Assembly (NCBI GenBank): GCA_965277715.1
Contig: OZ255836.1
Span: 672,001-736,000 of the forward strand
Length of the DNA: 64,000 nucleotides
Origin: Gammaproteobacteria bacterium
Lineage (GTDB): Bacteria > Pseudomonadota > Gammaproteobacteria > JBCCGL01
Direction: 5' to 3'
Part shown: in pieces, positions 1-12,213 of the stretch
How positions within the stretch are numbered: the stretch's first letter is position 1
Layout: each line of letters starts with the position of its first letter
Translations under genes and position numbers: made by a program
Notes under the pieces: generated by a model
Seen by the model: the letters and a program-made list of their open reading frames with translations, nothing else
Told to the model about the DNA's origin: nothing
Databases searched by the model: none

Positions 1-1032
1 AACCTTGAAACGCCCACCAATCTGGACTTTGCCCGTAGCGATCCCGTGGGGTTTTTGCAGCGGTATGAAGCGGGTGCAATTATTGATGAGGCACAGAATT
101 GCCCAGCGTTGTTTTCATATCTACAGGAGATTGTTGATAGGCGGCAGCAAATGGGGCAGTTTGTCGTGACGGGTTCGCAGCAATTTGGCATGGTTTCCAA
201 AATCACCCAGTCGCTGGCAGGTAGAGTGGGGCTAGTCGAGTTGCTGCCGTTCACCATCAGTGAGTTGCAACACCTGGAGCACAGCAGTGACTTGCAAATG
301 CTTAAAGGTTTTTATCCGCCACTCTATAGCCGCACTATTGAGCCAGAGTACTGGGCAGAAGATTACGTAAAAACCTATATTGAAAGAGATGTAAGAAAGA
401 TCATTAATATTGTTGACCTGAGTAAATTCAGAACCTTTCTGAAATTGTGTGCTGCCAGGACAGGGCAGTTGATTAATCTTTCAGAAATTGGCGATGCGGC
501 AGGTGTTAATCTGAAGACTGTGAAATCCTGGCTGTCGGTTTTGGAGAGCAGCTACGTCCTGTATTTACTGCCACCACACCATAAAAACTTTACCCGGCGT
601 TTAGTCAAATCACCGAAACTTTATTTTTACGATACGGGTATTGTTTGTTACTTATTGGGTTTGACTCATGCTAAAGATCTGCAAGTAAGCCCGTTTCGAG
701 GGCAAATTTTCGAGACAATGATAGTGTCTGAGCTGGCAAAATGCAGGTTGCATGGGCGTGATAAGATGAGCTTATATTTTTGGCGGGACAATAAAGGAAC
801 AGAAATTGATTTGCTGATTGAGCGGGCGGGTAAGCTGCTGCCGGTTGAAATTAAATCGGGGCAGACGTTTCATTCATCCTGGCTAAAAAACCTATCGACG
901 TATACCCACCTTGCACAGGAGAGTGTTGAGAATAAAGCGCTGGTTTATGGTGGTAGTGAGCAGTACAAGCGCCAGGGTGTTGAGGTCTTTTCCTGGGCGG
1001 GTAGCTCGGCCTTGCTAGACCTCATGTATTAA
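1..1032 (+). CDS. AAA+ ATPase with C-terminal DUF4143/nuclease-like domain (5' partial)
   Basis: Frame open from base 1 (NLETPTNLDFARSDP..). Walker B IIDEAQ, VTGSQ, SLAGR, KSPKLYFYDTG and EIDL..PVEIKS motifs are typical of AAA_14/DUF4143 proteins. Confidence 0.85.
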   Translation, partial: NLETPTNLDFARSDPVGFLQRYEAGAIIDEAQNCPALFSYLQEIVDRRQQMGQFVVTGSQQFGMVSKITQSLAGRVGLVELLPFTISELQHLEHSSDLQMLKGFYPPLYSRTIEPEYWAEDYVKTYIERDVRKIINIVDLSKFRTFLKLCAARTGQLINLSEIGDAAGVNLKTVKSWLSVLESSYVLYLLPPHHKNFTRRLVKSPKLYFYDTGIVCYLLGLTHAKDLQVSPFRGQIFETMIVSELAKCRLHGRDKMSLYFWRDNKGTEIDLLIERAGKLLPVEIKSGQTFHSSWLKNLSTYTHLAQESVENKALVYGGSEQYKRQGVEVFSWAGSSALLDLMY

Positions 1033-1067
1033 TTAAGTATGTGTCTATTGCTTCTCCTGGAGGTTAA

Positions 1068-2069
1068 CTACGCATAGGGCAAGGTACGGTTCAACCCCAT
1101 CGATTTGGCTTTTTCCAGCATCGCCGCACCCAGGGCAATATCGGAGGTCGCCAGGCCGCGATGCCAAAATAAGATGGTCTCATCATCACTTTCCCGCCCC
1201 GGTTTTAATCCGGCGGCGATTTCGCCCACTTCGGCGTAGAACGATTGTTCGTCGATTTTTCCCGCGTTGATATGGGGGCGTAACGCGCCCAGTGGGCCGG
1301 AGCGCAGTTGCCCTAAATCATCCATGACGAATTTGTCGAAGTGGTCAGTAAAGTCGAGCGGCAGGGTCGACATGGTGCCATAGGGCACCACTAGTGTGCC
1401 TTTGCGCACCCAGGCGCTGTCAAACAGGGGGGTTGGTTCAGATAGTCGGGATGCCTCGACCTGGATATCGGCACCCGCCAGGCAGTCCTGCCAGTTGTCG
1501 GTTACGCGTATGGGTTTGCCGAGGTCGTTTTGTAGTTTTTCGGCAAAGGCGTCGCGGCTTTCCGGGCGGCGCGAGTGTACGCGGATTTCGTCAAAGTCGA
1601 ACAGGTGGTCGAGTAGGCGCACGTTCCAGTAGGCGGTGCCACGCGCACCGATATGGCCGAGTATGCGGGGGTTTTTGGGGGCCAGGTGTTTGGCGCCGAG
1701 TGCGGTGACGGCGCCGGTGCGCATGTCGGTGATGCCGCTGGCGTCGAGTACGGCCAGCGGGGTGCCGGTGCGTGGGTCGAAGAGGTTTAGCAGGGCCATT
1801 TCAGAGGGGAGCCCGCGTTTGTAGTTGTCTACGTAGTCACCGACGATTTTGAATCCGGCGTAGTTTAAGGGGGCGATGTAGCCGCGCAGGATGTTGAAGT
1901 GGCCGTTGAATGTGGGGTCCGGGTGTAGGTGTAGGCGGGGTTCGATGACGGTTTCGCGGCGCCCGGCGGCGATTAGGCCGGTGTCGACTGCGGTGAGGAT
2001 TTCGTCATTGCTGAGTGCCAGTTGGGCGATATCCGGGCCGCTTAGGTATTCGATATTGATGTTTCCCAT
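1068..2069 (-). CDS. Ornithine cyclodeaminase/mu-crystallin family protein
   Basis: ITDMRTGA, GARGTA Rossmann-like motif, GRESDDETILFWHRGLA..D. Confidence 0.85.
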   Translation of the reverse strand: MGNINIEYLSGPDIAQLALSNDEILTAVDTGLIAAGRRETVIEPRLHLHPDPTFNGHFNILRGYIAPLNYAGFKIVGDYVDNYKRGLPSEMALLNLFDPRTGTPLAVLDASGITDMRTGAVTALGAKHLAPKNPRILGHIGARGTAYWNVRLLDHLFDFDEIRVHSRRPESRDAFAEKLQNDLGKPIRVTDNWQDCLAGADIQVEASRLSEPTPLFDSAWVRKGTLVVPYGTMSTLPLDFTDHFDKFVMDDLGQLRSGPLGALRPHINAGKIDEQSFYAEVGEIAAGLKPGRESDDETILFWHRGLATSDIALGAAMLEKAKSMGLNRTLPYA

Positions 2070-2281
2070 AGAGGTGGGTTCCGCAGATAAAGTTGTGTTT
2101 TATACGAGTGGGGGGAGGGTGTCAAAGTGGATAGGGAGGGTTTGCTGAATTTTTGTCTCTATGTGAGACGTGTTAGGCGTACGCCAACTGCCCCTGTGGA
2201 AAGCAGGCTGATACTGATTGCCGGTGGTATGAGGTTGTGTTTCTGATGTATTGCCTGTTGGCCAAAAAGGTGTTTGCTTAT

Positions 2282-3127
2282 TTAGGGCTTTCCGCTTACC
2301 AGGCGAATATGGTATGTGCGTTGTTTTCTGGCGCCGTAGGCGAGGCCGTTGAGGAAGTTGACGCTGGTCATGATGCTGTAGTCGTTGATTGCGAGAATTT
2401 CAGACCAGTATTGAAATGCCTGGACACCGGGGAAGTGGGCGAGTTGCTCCGGGTCGTAGTAGTGGGCGTAGATGGTGTTTGACCAGTAGTAGTATGAACG
2501 CGTGTTGGGGAAATAGCGCGGGTCGATTTTGGGGATGTAGGCGCTGTTGTATACGAGTGATTGCAGTTCTTCGGTGGTGGGTAAACGCCAGTTCTCCAGC
2601 CCGCACAGTTTTTGCCGGTTGATTGTGTCGAGGTAGGCTTCGGTATCGCAGTCTGAGTATAGGCAGGCGCCGCCGTCGGCTCGCCCTGAGGCAGGTACGC
2701 CGTTTTTATCGCCACGGGTAAACCAGGTGTAGGTGTGTTGTGCGTCGCGCAGTCCGCCGTCACGGGTTTTGACTTCCCACACCAGGTTGGTGTCGTTACT
2801 TCTGACGCACTGCCAGTGGTCAGCAGATGGCGGCAGTTGTTTGCCATATATGTCGAGTTTGCTGTACGGCGGGGCCAGCATGGCGTTGAAAATGTCGGTG
2901 ATGAGTGTGTCGTTGTACGCCGGGTAATCGCGCTGCCGGTCGGCCTGTTGTTCTGCCTGTAGGCGGGTCTGTTCGGCTTGCCTGGCGGCTTCGAGGCGTG
3001 TTATCTGTGCTTCGCGCATGACCGTTGCCTGGTGGAAAACCAGCCCGATAAACAGTAGCAGTGTGAGTAACGTCAGCTTGCGCCAGGTAAGCCGGTGAAA
3101 TACTGATGGTGGGCTGCTGCTAACCAT
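2282..3127 (-). CDS. Membrane-anchored DUF1566 (Lcl C-terminal, CLec-like) domain protein
   Basis: N-terminal TM helix; CVRSNDTNLVWE, LCGLENWRLPTTEEL, YWS, HIRLV motifs. Start uncertain (3127 or 3178). Confidence 0.8.
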   Translation of the reverse strand: MVSSSPPSVFHRLTWRKLTLLTLLLFIGLVFHQATVMREAQITRLEAARQAEQTRLQAEQQADRQRDYPAYNDTLITDIFNAMLAPPYSKLDIYGKQLPPSADHWQCVRSNDTNLVWEVKTRDGGLRDAQHTYTWFTRGDKNGVPASGRADGGACLYSDCDTEAYLDTINRQKLCGLENWRLPTTEELQSLVYNSAYIPKIDPRYFPNTRSYYYWSNTIYAHYYDPEQLAHFPGVQAFQYWSEILAINDYSIMTSVNFLNGLAYGARKQRTYHIRLVSGKP

Positions 3128-3307
3128 TGGATCACTCCAGAAGGTGTCAGAAAACGATTGCGCTCGGTAATACGGCACTCGTGAGGCTTTACAATACCCT
3201 TTTCCAGTTGATGAAGGAAATTTCAGTTCCAGCGCATCTGTGTATAATCCATGCGCCGTGCTTCGTCGTAAAGTACGTACTGCATTTTGACACTTGGAGG
3301 ATCGTTC

Positions 3308-4273
3308 ATGAAAAAAAACAGTATTGTAGGTGTGTTAGCGGTAACCGCCTCTGTTTTCACCAGCACTGCCTGGACTGATGTTGTCACCGTTGATCTGTCT
3401 CACCCCATCCCCACTTTTGCGCCCAGCGCGGAAGACCCGATGAAACCCGATTTGTCCAAACCCTACCTGGATTCTGTACCCATCCCTACATTTGGCAGTC
3501 AGGCCGTTTTTGCCCTGGGGCAATTCCCCACCAGCGATGGTCATTTTGATTTGGGAACGCTGGTGCTGGCCGAGCACCACGGTACTCACCTGGACACACC
3601 GGGGCACTATATCAACAACGAAAAAAGCATGGAGCCTGGTGGCATACCCGTTGCCGATCGAAAATTGGCTCACCAACTGGATGCGAGCGATCTGATTGGC
3701 AAAGCGGTAATGATTGATATATCCGGGCGTGTGGATACCGAACTGGCCAAAAACGGTGGTGTGCCCAGCGCAGATGTAAATGTCACCGATTTTTCCAATT
3801 CATCTGCAAACGTGGTGGGCGCCGATGACATCATGGCGGTTGCCGATGATATCGATAACGGTGTGTGGCTGGTAATCAACACGGGCTGGTCGCGGTTCTA
3901 TTTTTCGGGAACCGATTTTGCGAAAGATCCCTACATCAATGGGTTTAACCACCCGGGTATCAGCAGGGCCGGTGTCGACAAACTGATTGAAATCATGGAT
4001 GAAAAAGGCGTCCTCATTAACGGTATTGTCGCCGACAATATCGGTATCGATTCCGGCCAGAACGCGGTTGGTGACGATGACAAATGGACTAACTCCTGGC
4101 ATGCCCATGTACGCCTGTTGCAGCGGGGGGTTAAGTTTGTCGAAAACGCGACGAACCTTGGCCAGCTCAAAATGGTCGGTGACCCAGGCGACTGTACTAT
4201 CGTGGTGGGCGCACCGAAACACGTACGCGGCACAGGTGGCCCCTCGCGTGTTCTGGCAATTTGTGAATCCTGA
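3308..4273 (+). CDS. Secreted cyclase-family (kynurenine formamidase-like) metal hydrolase
   Basis: Signal peptide MKKNSIVGVLAV..; DLSHPI, EHHGTHLDTPGH, ENATNL, GTGGPSRV; GGAGG RBS upstream of ATG 3308. Confidence 0.85.
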   Translation: MKKNSIVGVLAVTASVFTSTAWTDVVTVDLSHPIPTFAPSAEDPMKPDLSKPYLDSVPIPTFGSQAVFALGQFPTSDGHFDLGTLVLAEHHGTHLDTPGHYINNEKSMEPGGIPVADRKLAHQLDASDLIGKAVMIDISGRVDTELAKNGGVPSADVNVTDFSNSSANVVGADDIMAVADDIDNGVWLVINTGWSRFYFSGTDFAKDPYINGFNHPGISRAGVDKLIEIMDEKGVLINGIVADNIGIDSGQNAVGDDDKWTNSWHAHVRLLQRGVKFVENATNLGQLKMVGDPGDCTIVVGAPKHVRGTGGPSRVLAICES

Positions 4274-4321
4274 CTAGACCCTATGCATTGACTTGCACAC
4301 AAGTCAATGCATCGAGTCTAG
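4274..4321. terminator. Hairpin between convergent genes (putative bidirectional terminator)
   Basis: ATGCATTGACTTG-caca-CAAGTCAATGCAT perfect 13-bp stem, extended by CTAGAC/GTCTAG. Confidence 0.6.
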
Positions 4322-5856
4322 CGGTCCAGCAAACCCAGCGCATACGACGCCGATGCCCTGACTTGTGCATCGGCGTCGGACTGCGCCAGGCCGGTTAAAA
4401 CCGTTTTGGCCTGCGGGTCACCCAGGTAACCCAGTGACAAGGCCGCTTCTTTTCTGACCCTCGCGTACCTATCTTTCGTTGCCGCCAGCAGTGGGGCGAT
4501 ATTTCGATGGGTACGGTCCCGGCCCAACACCATCGCCGCTTGCCAGCGCACCTCGGCTGAAATGTCGTTTAATGCCTTAACCGCCAGGCTGCGGAAACGG
4601 GTGGGGTCACTGACGCCCATCGACCGCAAGGCAACGGCGCGCACGCGTGCATCCGGGTCAGCTATGCTGCGTTTTAGCACATCATCTGCAGTGCCCGCGT
4701 GCGTGTAACCAATACCGTAGAGACCGTGCCAGCGGGCGCGGTATAGCCCCTCAGCTACTTGCAGCAGAAGCGGGCGATTACGCGCAACGACATAGGGTTG
4801 CGTTACCACCTTGAATAATTTATCCGCATGATGGGGATCGATGGCGATAACCGTGCGCAGAAATTCGTTCAATACCGATAGCTCGACGACAGCTTTATTG
4901 GGGTATCGCTCCACCCATGCAACCGGGTGGTCAAAAAACGCCTCTGCGTACCGGGTGGCGATGGCGACGATAGGGTCAATGCTTTCTTTGTCGTTGTGTT
5001 CGCGGAAAATTTCCAGCGCCTGAATTTGCAACAGTGGGTCGTCGCTGTTCAATGCCTGCAGTAAACCGTTAGTCCCGCCGTCGAAAGCAGCCAACGCAAT
5101 TAAAGTGAAGCGGCGCACCCGGTCACTGCCGGTGGTGTTGAATAGCTGCTGCACGGTGGGTGGCGCTGTTGTGCCACCGATACCCGCTATTGCTTTCAGC
5201 GTGGTTACCAGCGTCGCCTCGTCGGTATCGGCTTGTACCAGGGGCAATAAGTATTTTAACGCCGCAGGGTGACCGCTGTTGCCCAGCGCGACGATAGCGG
5301 TATGGCGAAATATGGTATCGCTACTCTGAATGGCGTGGCTGAGTATCTGCAGCGCCTCGGGTGTACGATAATTGCCCAGGCTGCCGAGTAGTGCGCGCTG
5401 CACGACGCTGTTTGTCACCGTATTGGCATCTGCCAGAATATTTCCCGCTATTTGTTCAGATCGCGGGGAAACGATGCCAGACAAGGCCGTCGCACACGCG
5501 ACGCGAACAGGTGCCTCACTTTCTGACATTAGGCATTTTTCAATCGATGGCAAAGCGGCGGGTGCGCCGATCTTTCCCAGTGAGATAAACACCGCCTGAC
5601 GCACTGAGGGTTGCGGTTCACCGCGTTCGAGTAAAGCCAACAGTTGCCTGGTAACCTCCGCCCCCCGGTGGTGGCCAAGCGAGTGCGCGGCCCGCTGCCG
5701 TATTTCGGCATGTTCGTCCTGTAACGCATCGAATAGCGCGGGCAGGGGAATAGCGGTGTGCTCCCAGCCGTTCGCGTGTGCCGTAGGTGGAGAGGTAAAT
5801 AGAAAGCAGGCCAGAGCACTCCAGAGTACAAGCGGTAAATGAACGCGGCAGAGCAT
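4318..5856 (-). CDS. HEAT/PBS-lyase repeat protein with signal peptide
   Basis: Multiple D....VR..AA..LG repeats; hydrophobic N-terminus ending AHA. Confidence 0.8.
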   Translation of the reverse strand: MLCRVHLPLVLWSALACFLFTSPPTAHANGWEHTAIPLPALFDALQDEHAEIRQRAAHSLGHHRGAEVTRQLLALLERGEPQPSVRQAVFISLGKIGAPAALPSIEKCLMSESEAPVRVACATALSGIVSPRSEQIAGNILADANTVTNSVVQRALLGSLGNYRTPEALQILSHAIQSSDTIFRHTAIVALGNSGHPAALKYLLPLVQADTDEATLVTTLKAIAGIGGTTAPPTVQQLFNTTGSDRVRRFTLIALAAFDGGTNGLLQALNSDDPLLQIQALEIFREHNDKESIDPIVAIATRYAEAFFDHPVAWVERYPNKAVVELSVLNEFLRTVIAIDPHHADKLFKVVTQPYVVARNRPLLLQVAEGLYRARWHGLYGIGYTHAGTADDVLKRSIADPDARVRAVALRSMGVSDPTRFRSLAVKALNDISAEVRWQAAMVLGRDRTHRNIAPLLAATKDRYARVRKEAALSLGYLGDPQAKTVLTGLAQSDADAQVRASASYALGLLDR

Positions 5857-5985
5857 AGAGATAGATTCTTTAAAAAACCAGTTGACCAATATACCTTATC
5901 GCAAGACTCCGGGATTGAGAAAAAAGCGTGTAAACGGATGGTGTATTAGCGTCGGCGAACGACTTTATGAATAACCGCTAACAGG

Positions 5986-6669
5986 TTACTTATTGACGGG
6001 TAATCCAGACGATATTTTAGTGGCTATCCAGCTATCCACTGCACTACGGCAAATCGATTGCGAGTGCGCTATTTCCGGTACTTTATTCAATGTGTTTAAC
6101 CACTCGGTGAGGGTGGGCGGTAAGGTTAATGTCCGGCCAAATATCTGTAATAGTTTATTAGCCATTTGCAGTGTCGATGGAAACCCGCAATCAGTCAGGC
6201 TTATTTGTTCGCCACCCAAAAAAGGTGACGGCGGTGCGCTGTGTAGGATGATTGTTTCCAGCCGCTCTAATGCATTGTTGAGGTTTAGGTAGGCTGTATC
6301 AAATGTTTCACCCATCCCATCACGGCTACACTCAACCAAGGGGAAAAAAGCGCGTATGGTGGGTTCCAGGGCGGTATCGTGGTAGCGGGCAATAGCCCGT
6401 AGCACGGCCCGTTTTTGTTTGTTTTCCGGGCGCATGGGTGGGTTGGGGTATTGGTCTTCGAGGTATTCGATTATCGCATCTGAATCGTGTAGTACAAAAC
6501 TGCCCTGGCGAATGGCGGGAATGGACCCTGCGGGTACGATTGCCCGGTAACGGGGAGAACCATAGCCGTCGGGTGGCGGGGTTTCGGTGTATGCGATGCC
6601 TTTTAAGTCGAGAACGACACGCACTTTGGCACAGTAGGCACTCACGGGGAGGGCAAATAATTCAATCAT
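5986..6669 (-). CDS. Glutathione S-transferase family protein
   Basis: SAYCAKVRVVL, GSIPAI, DSDAIIEYLED, ISLTDC; GGAG RBS before ATG 6669. Confidence 0.85.
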   Translation of the reverse strand: MIELFALPVSAYCAKVRVVLDLKGIAYTETPPPDGYGSPRYRAIVPAGSIPAIRQGSFVLHDSDAIIEYLEDQYPNPPMRPENKQKRAVLRAIARYHDTALEPTIRAFFPLVECSRDGMGETFDTAYLNLNNALERLETIILHSAPPSPFLGGEQISLTDCGFPSTLQMANKLLQIFGRTLTLPPTLTEWLNTLNKVPEIAHSQSICRSAVDSWIATKISSGLPVNK

Positions 6670-6697
6670 TGTAAGCTCCATGAAACGTGGGAATTGA

Positions 6698-9229
<2,532 letters not shown>

Positions 9230-9230
9230 T

Positions 9231-9746
9231 ATGCATAGATACCGTTCAATTGCACACCTTGGGGTGTTACTTATCGTGTTGTTTGTCGGCTTGAGTGGCT
9301 GTGGTTTTTACTTGCGTGGCAGCGGTGTATCGGCAGACGTTATCGGCCCGGTGTTTATCACCTCAGGTGCACGCAGTGAAATTGCCAACAACTTGCGCCG
9401 CACACTGCAAGACCGTGACGTGGTACTGAGTGACAAACGCGAAGACGCAGCTATCCAGCTCGATATTAATAGCGAGGAAACCAACAGCCGCACGCTCTCT
9501 ATTGGTCTCAATTCCAGCCTGCGCGATATTGAGCTAAATTATACCGTTAACTTCACCGCACGACGTACCGATGGTGAGGCCACACTGCCCGAGCAGTTGC
9601 GCATTATCCGCGAATATAATTACGATACCAATGAAGTGCTGCGCAGTGCCGATGAACAGGATTTATTGTACAAAGAAATGCGCCGTGAGCTGGTGCGTCG
9701 TTTGCTGGTGCGCCTGTCGACCCTCAGCCGGGAGGGTGAGCAGTGA
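9231..9746 (+). CDS. lptE: LPS assembly lipoprotein LptE
   Basis: Lipobox LSGC followed by GFYLRG; canonical position after leuS. Confidence 0.9.
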   Translation: MHRYRSIAHLGVLLIVLFVGLSGCGFYLRGSGVSADVIGPVFITSGARSEIANNLRRTLQDRDVVLSDKREDAAIQLDINSEETNSRTLSIGLNSSLRDIELNYTVNFTARRTDGEATLPEQLRIIREYNYDTNEVLRSADEQDLLYKEMRRELVRRLLVRLSTLSREGEQ

Positions 9747-10528
9747 CACTGGTCGATTCGCATTGCCATATCAACTTCGATGGCCTGGGTGAACGCCTGC
9801 CTGAGGTGATGGAAAATGCACGCTTGAACAATGTCTCGCACATGGTGGCGATATCGGTGGATATGGCAAATTACCCCCGTGTACGCGATATTGCCGATAG
9901 CTATCCCAATGTATTTTGCAGCGTGGGTGTGCACCCCAATACAGCGCCAGATGGGAGTGAAGGGTTTGAGCCGAGCCGCGAACAATTAATTGATCTGGCG
10001 GCGCATTCACGCGTGGTCGGCATTGGCGAAACCGGCCTCGACTACTTTCGCAGTGAAGGCGATCTGGAATGGCAGCGCGAGCGCTTTCGGCGGCATATCG
10101 ACGCAGGCAGGGAGACCCGGTTACCATTAATTATCCACACCCGTGAGGCGGCGGCGGATACGTTGAAAATGTTGCGTGAGGAACAGGTCGGTACAGCAAC
10201 CGGCGTTATCCATTGTTTTACCGAGGACTGGGCCTTTGCCGAGGTGGTATTGGATCTGGGTTTTTATTTATCATTTTCCGGTATCGTTACCTTTAAATCG
10301 GCAAAAAAAATACAGGAAGTTGCCGCCAAAGCACCGATTGATCGTATTCTGGTGGAGACAGACGCCCCGTATTTGGCACCTGTGCCACACCGGGGCAAAA
10401 CCAATGAACCGGCGTATGTTAAGCACACCGCAGCGTTTGTGGCCGAGTTGCGCGGCATACCGCTGGATGAGCTGGCGGCGCGCACCACAGAAAACTTTTT
10501 TCGTTTATTTTCACGCGCTGCGGCATAG
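9743..10528 (+). CDS. tatD: TatD family DNase (YcfH-like)
   Basis: DSHCH, GVHP, IGETGLD, IHTRE, IHCF, ETDAPYLAP. Confidence 0.93.
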   Translation: MTLVDSHCHINFDGLGERLPEVMENARLNNVSHMVAISVDMANYPRVRDIADSYPNVFCSVGVHPNTAPDGSEGFEPSREQLIDLAAHSRVVGIGETGLDYFRSEGDLEWQRERFRRHIDAGRETRLPLIIHTREAAADTLKMLREEQVGTATGVIHCFTEDWAFAEVVLDLGFYLSFSGIVTFKSAKKIQEVAAKAPIDRILVETDAPYLAPVPHRGKTNEPAYVKHTAAFVAELRGIPLDELAARTTENFFRLFSRAAA

Positions 10529-10645
10529 AGTGCGTTGGTGTTAGTGGTGCTTAACAGGGTTTTTGCCCCATTGTATCCGCGCTATAATCTTCGCCGTATC
10601 CTGTACAGTAATAACCCCACAAACTGCCAACCCTAAGGTAATCCT

Positions 10646-12004
10646 ATGTTTGATGCACTCGGCGAACGCCTGGGCAAAACGATCAAAACCCTGAGTGGTC
10701 AGGGTCGACTCACCGAACAAAATATCAAGGATGCGCTGCGCGATGTCCGTATGGCGCTGCTGGAGGCGGATGTTGCATTGCCGGTGGTCAAGACATTTAT
10801 CGATGCGGTGAGTAATAAAGCCCTGGGGCAGGAGGTGGTCGGTAGCCTGACGCCAGGGCAGGCGATGATCAAGGTGGTCAACGATGAGCTGACGCACTTA
10901 ATGGGTACGAGTAATGAAGCGCTGGCACTCAATGCGCAACCCCCGGTTGTCATTCTCGTCGCGGGTTTGCAGGGGGCTGGTAAAACAACCTCTATTGCGA
11001 AACTCGCCCGCTACCTGAAAGAGCGACAAAATAAAAAAGTGATGGTCACCAGTTGTGATGTCTATCGCCCTGCGGCGATCGAACAACTCAAGGTATTGGC
11101 GCAGGAGGTTGGGGCTGGGCACTTTCCCTCGAATGTGGAACAGAGCCCATCGGCGATTGCCAGGGCGGCGATTGATCAGGCGAAAAAATCGTTTGCCGAT
11201 GTGTTGCTGATCGATACCGCCGGTCGCCTGCATGTAGACGACGAGATGATGGCGGAGATAAAGGCATTGCACGGCGTTTGCCAGCCCGCTGAAACCTTGT
11301 TTGTGGTGGACAGTATGACCGGCCAGGATGCGGCCAATACAGCCAAAGCATTTGATCAGGCATTACCGCTGACGGGGATAATACTCACTAAGACGGACGG
11401 CGATGCGCGTGGTGGGGCGGCATTGTCGGTGCGTATGATTACGGGTAAACCGATTAAATTTATCGGCTCGGGTGAGAAAACCACCGCGCTGGAGGTTTTT
11501 CACCCTGAGCGCATCGCCTCGCGCATTCTCGGTATGGGGGATGTGGTTAGCCTGGTAGAGGAAGTTCAGCAAAAGGTCGATCATCAGAAGGCGGAAAAAC
11601 TCGCCAAAAAAATCAAAAAGGGAAAAGGGTTTGATATGGTTGATCTGCGCGACCAGATGCAGCAGATGCAGTCGATGGGCGGGCTGGCTGGGCTGGCGGG
11701 TAAGCTGCCGGGTATGGGTAAGATGATGGATACCGCCAAAGCCAAAACGGGGGAAAAGGATATGGCGCGTGCTATCGCGATAATCAATTCCATGACCCCG
11801 CAGGAGCGTCGCTTTCCCGCTGTGATTAAAGGCTCGCGAAAACGCCGTATTGCCGCCGGTAGTGGTGTGCAGGTTCAGGATGTCAACCGCCTGCTTAAAC
11901 AACACCTGCAAATGAGCAAAATGATGAAAAAAATGGCCAAGGGCGGTATGGCGAAAATGATGCGCGGCATGCAGGGCCAGCTGCCGCCGGGTATGGGGTT
12001 TTAG
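10646..12004 (+). CDS. ffh: Signal recognition particle protein
   Basis: GLQGAGKTT, DTAGR, TKTDG, Met-rich M domain. Confidence 0.98.
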   Translation: MFDALGERLGKTIKTLSGQGRLTEQNIKDALRDVRMALLEADVALPVVKTFIDAVSNKALGQEVVGSLTPGQAMIKVVNDELTHLMGTSNEALALNAQPPVVILVAGLQGAGKTTSIAKLARYLKERQNKKVMVTSCDVYRPAAIEQLKVLAQEVGAGHFPSNVEQSPSAIARAAIDQAKKSFADVLLIDTAGRLHVDDEMMAEIKALHGVCQPAETLFVVDSMTGQDAANTAKAFDQALPLTGIILTKTDGDARGGAALSVRMITGKPIKFIGSGEKTTALEVFHPERIASRILGMGDVVSLVEEVQQKVDHQKAEKLAKKIKKGKGFDMVDLRDQMQQMQSMGGLAGLAGKLPGMGKMMDTAKAKTGEKDMARAIAIINSMTPQERRFPAVIKGSRKRRIAAGSGVQVQDVNRLLKQHLQMSKMMKKMAKGGMAKMMRGMQGQLPPGMGF

Positions 12005-12005
12005 T

Positions 12006-12121
12006 ATGCAGGCAGACCAACACCGCGCAGCGCGGGTCGATCTGGCTGCCGCTTTTCGCTGGGCGGCCCGCCTGAATATGAAAGTATTCTTGATGAAGAA
12101 GCGCCCGCTTACCGGCAATAG
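12006..12121 (+). pseudogene. Deletion scar of a class II aldolase/adducin-family gene (N- and C-termini only)
   Basis: MQADQHRAARVDLAAAFRWAARLNM joined out of frame to ESILDEEAPAYRQ*, matching family termini from memory. Confidence 0.6.
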
Positions 12122-12213
12122 TGGGTAGAGGGTGTTGGAATCAGATTGGTAGCTGAATGAAAAACAAAAATGGAGTAATATTCCAAGATTAATATTCTGG
12201 CTATATCAAAACA

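Noticed and set aside
2282-3178. Complete diversity-generating retroelement
   Set aside because: No RT, avd or template repeat seen in the window.
11363-12118. 251-aa antisense ORF and similar long shadow ORFs (e.g. 7778-8386, 25312-25941)
   Set aside because: Antisense to conserved genes with no recognisable motifs.
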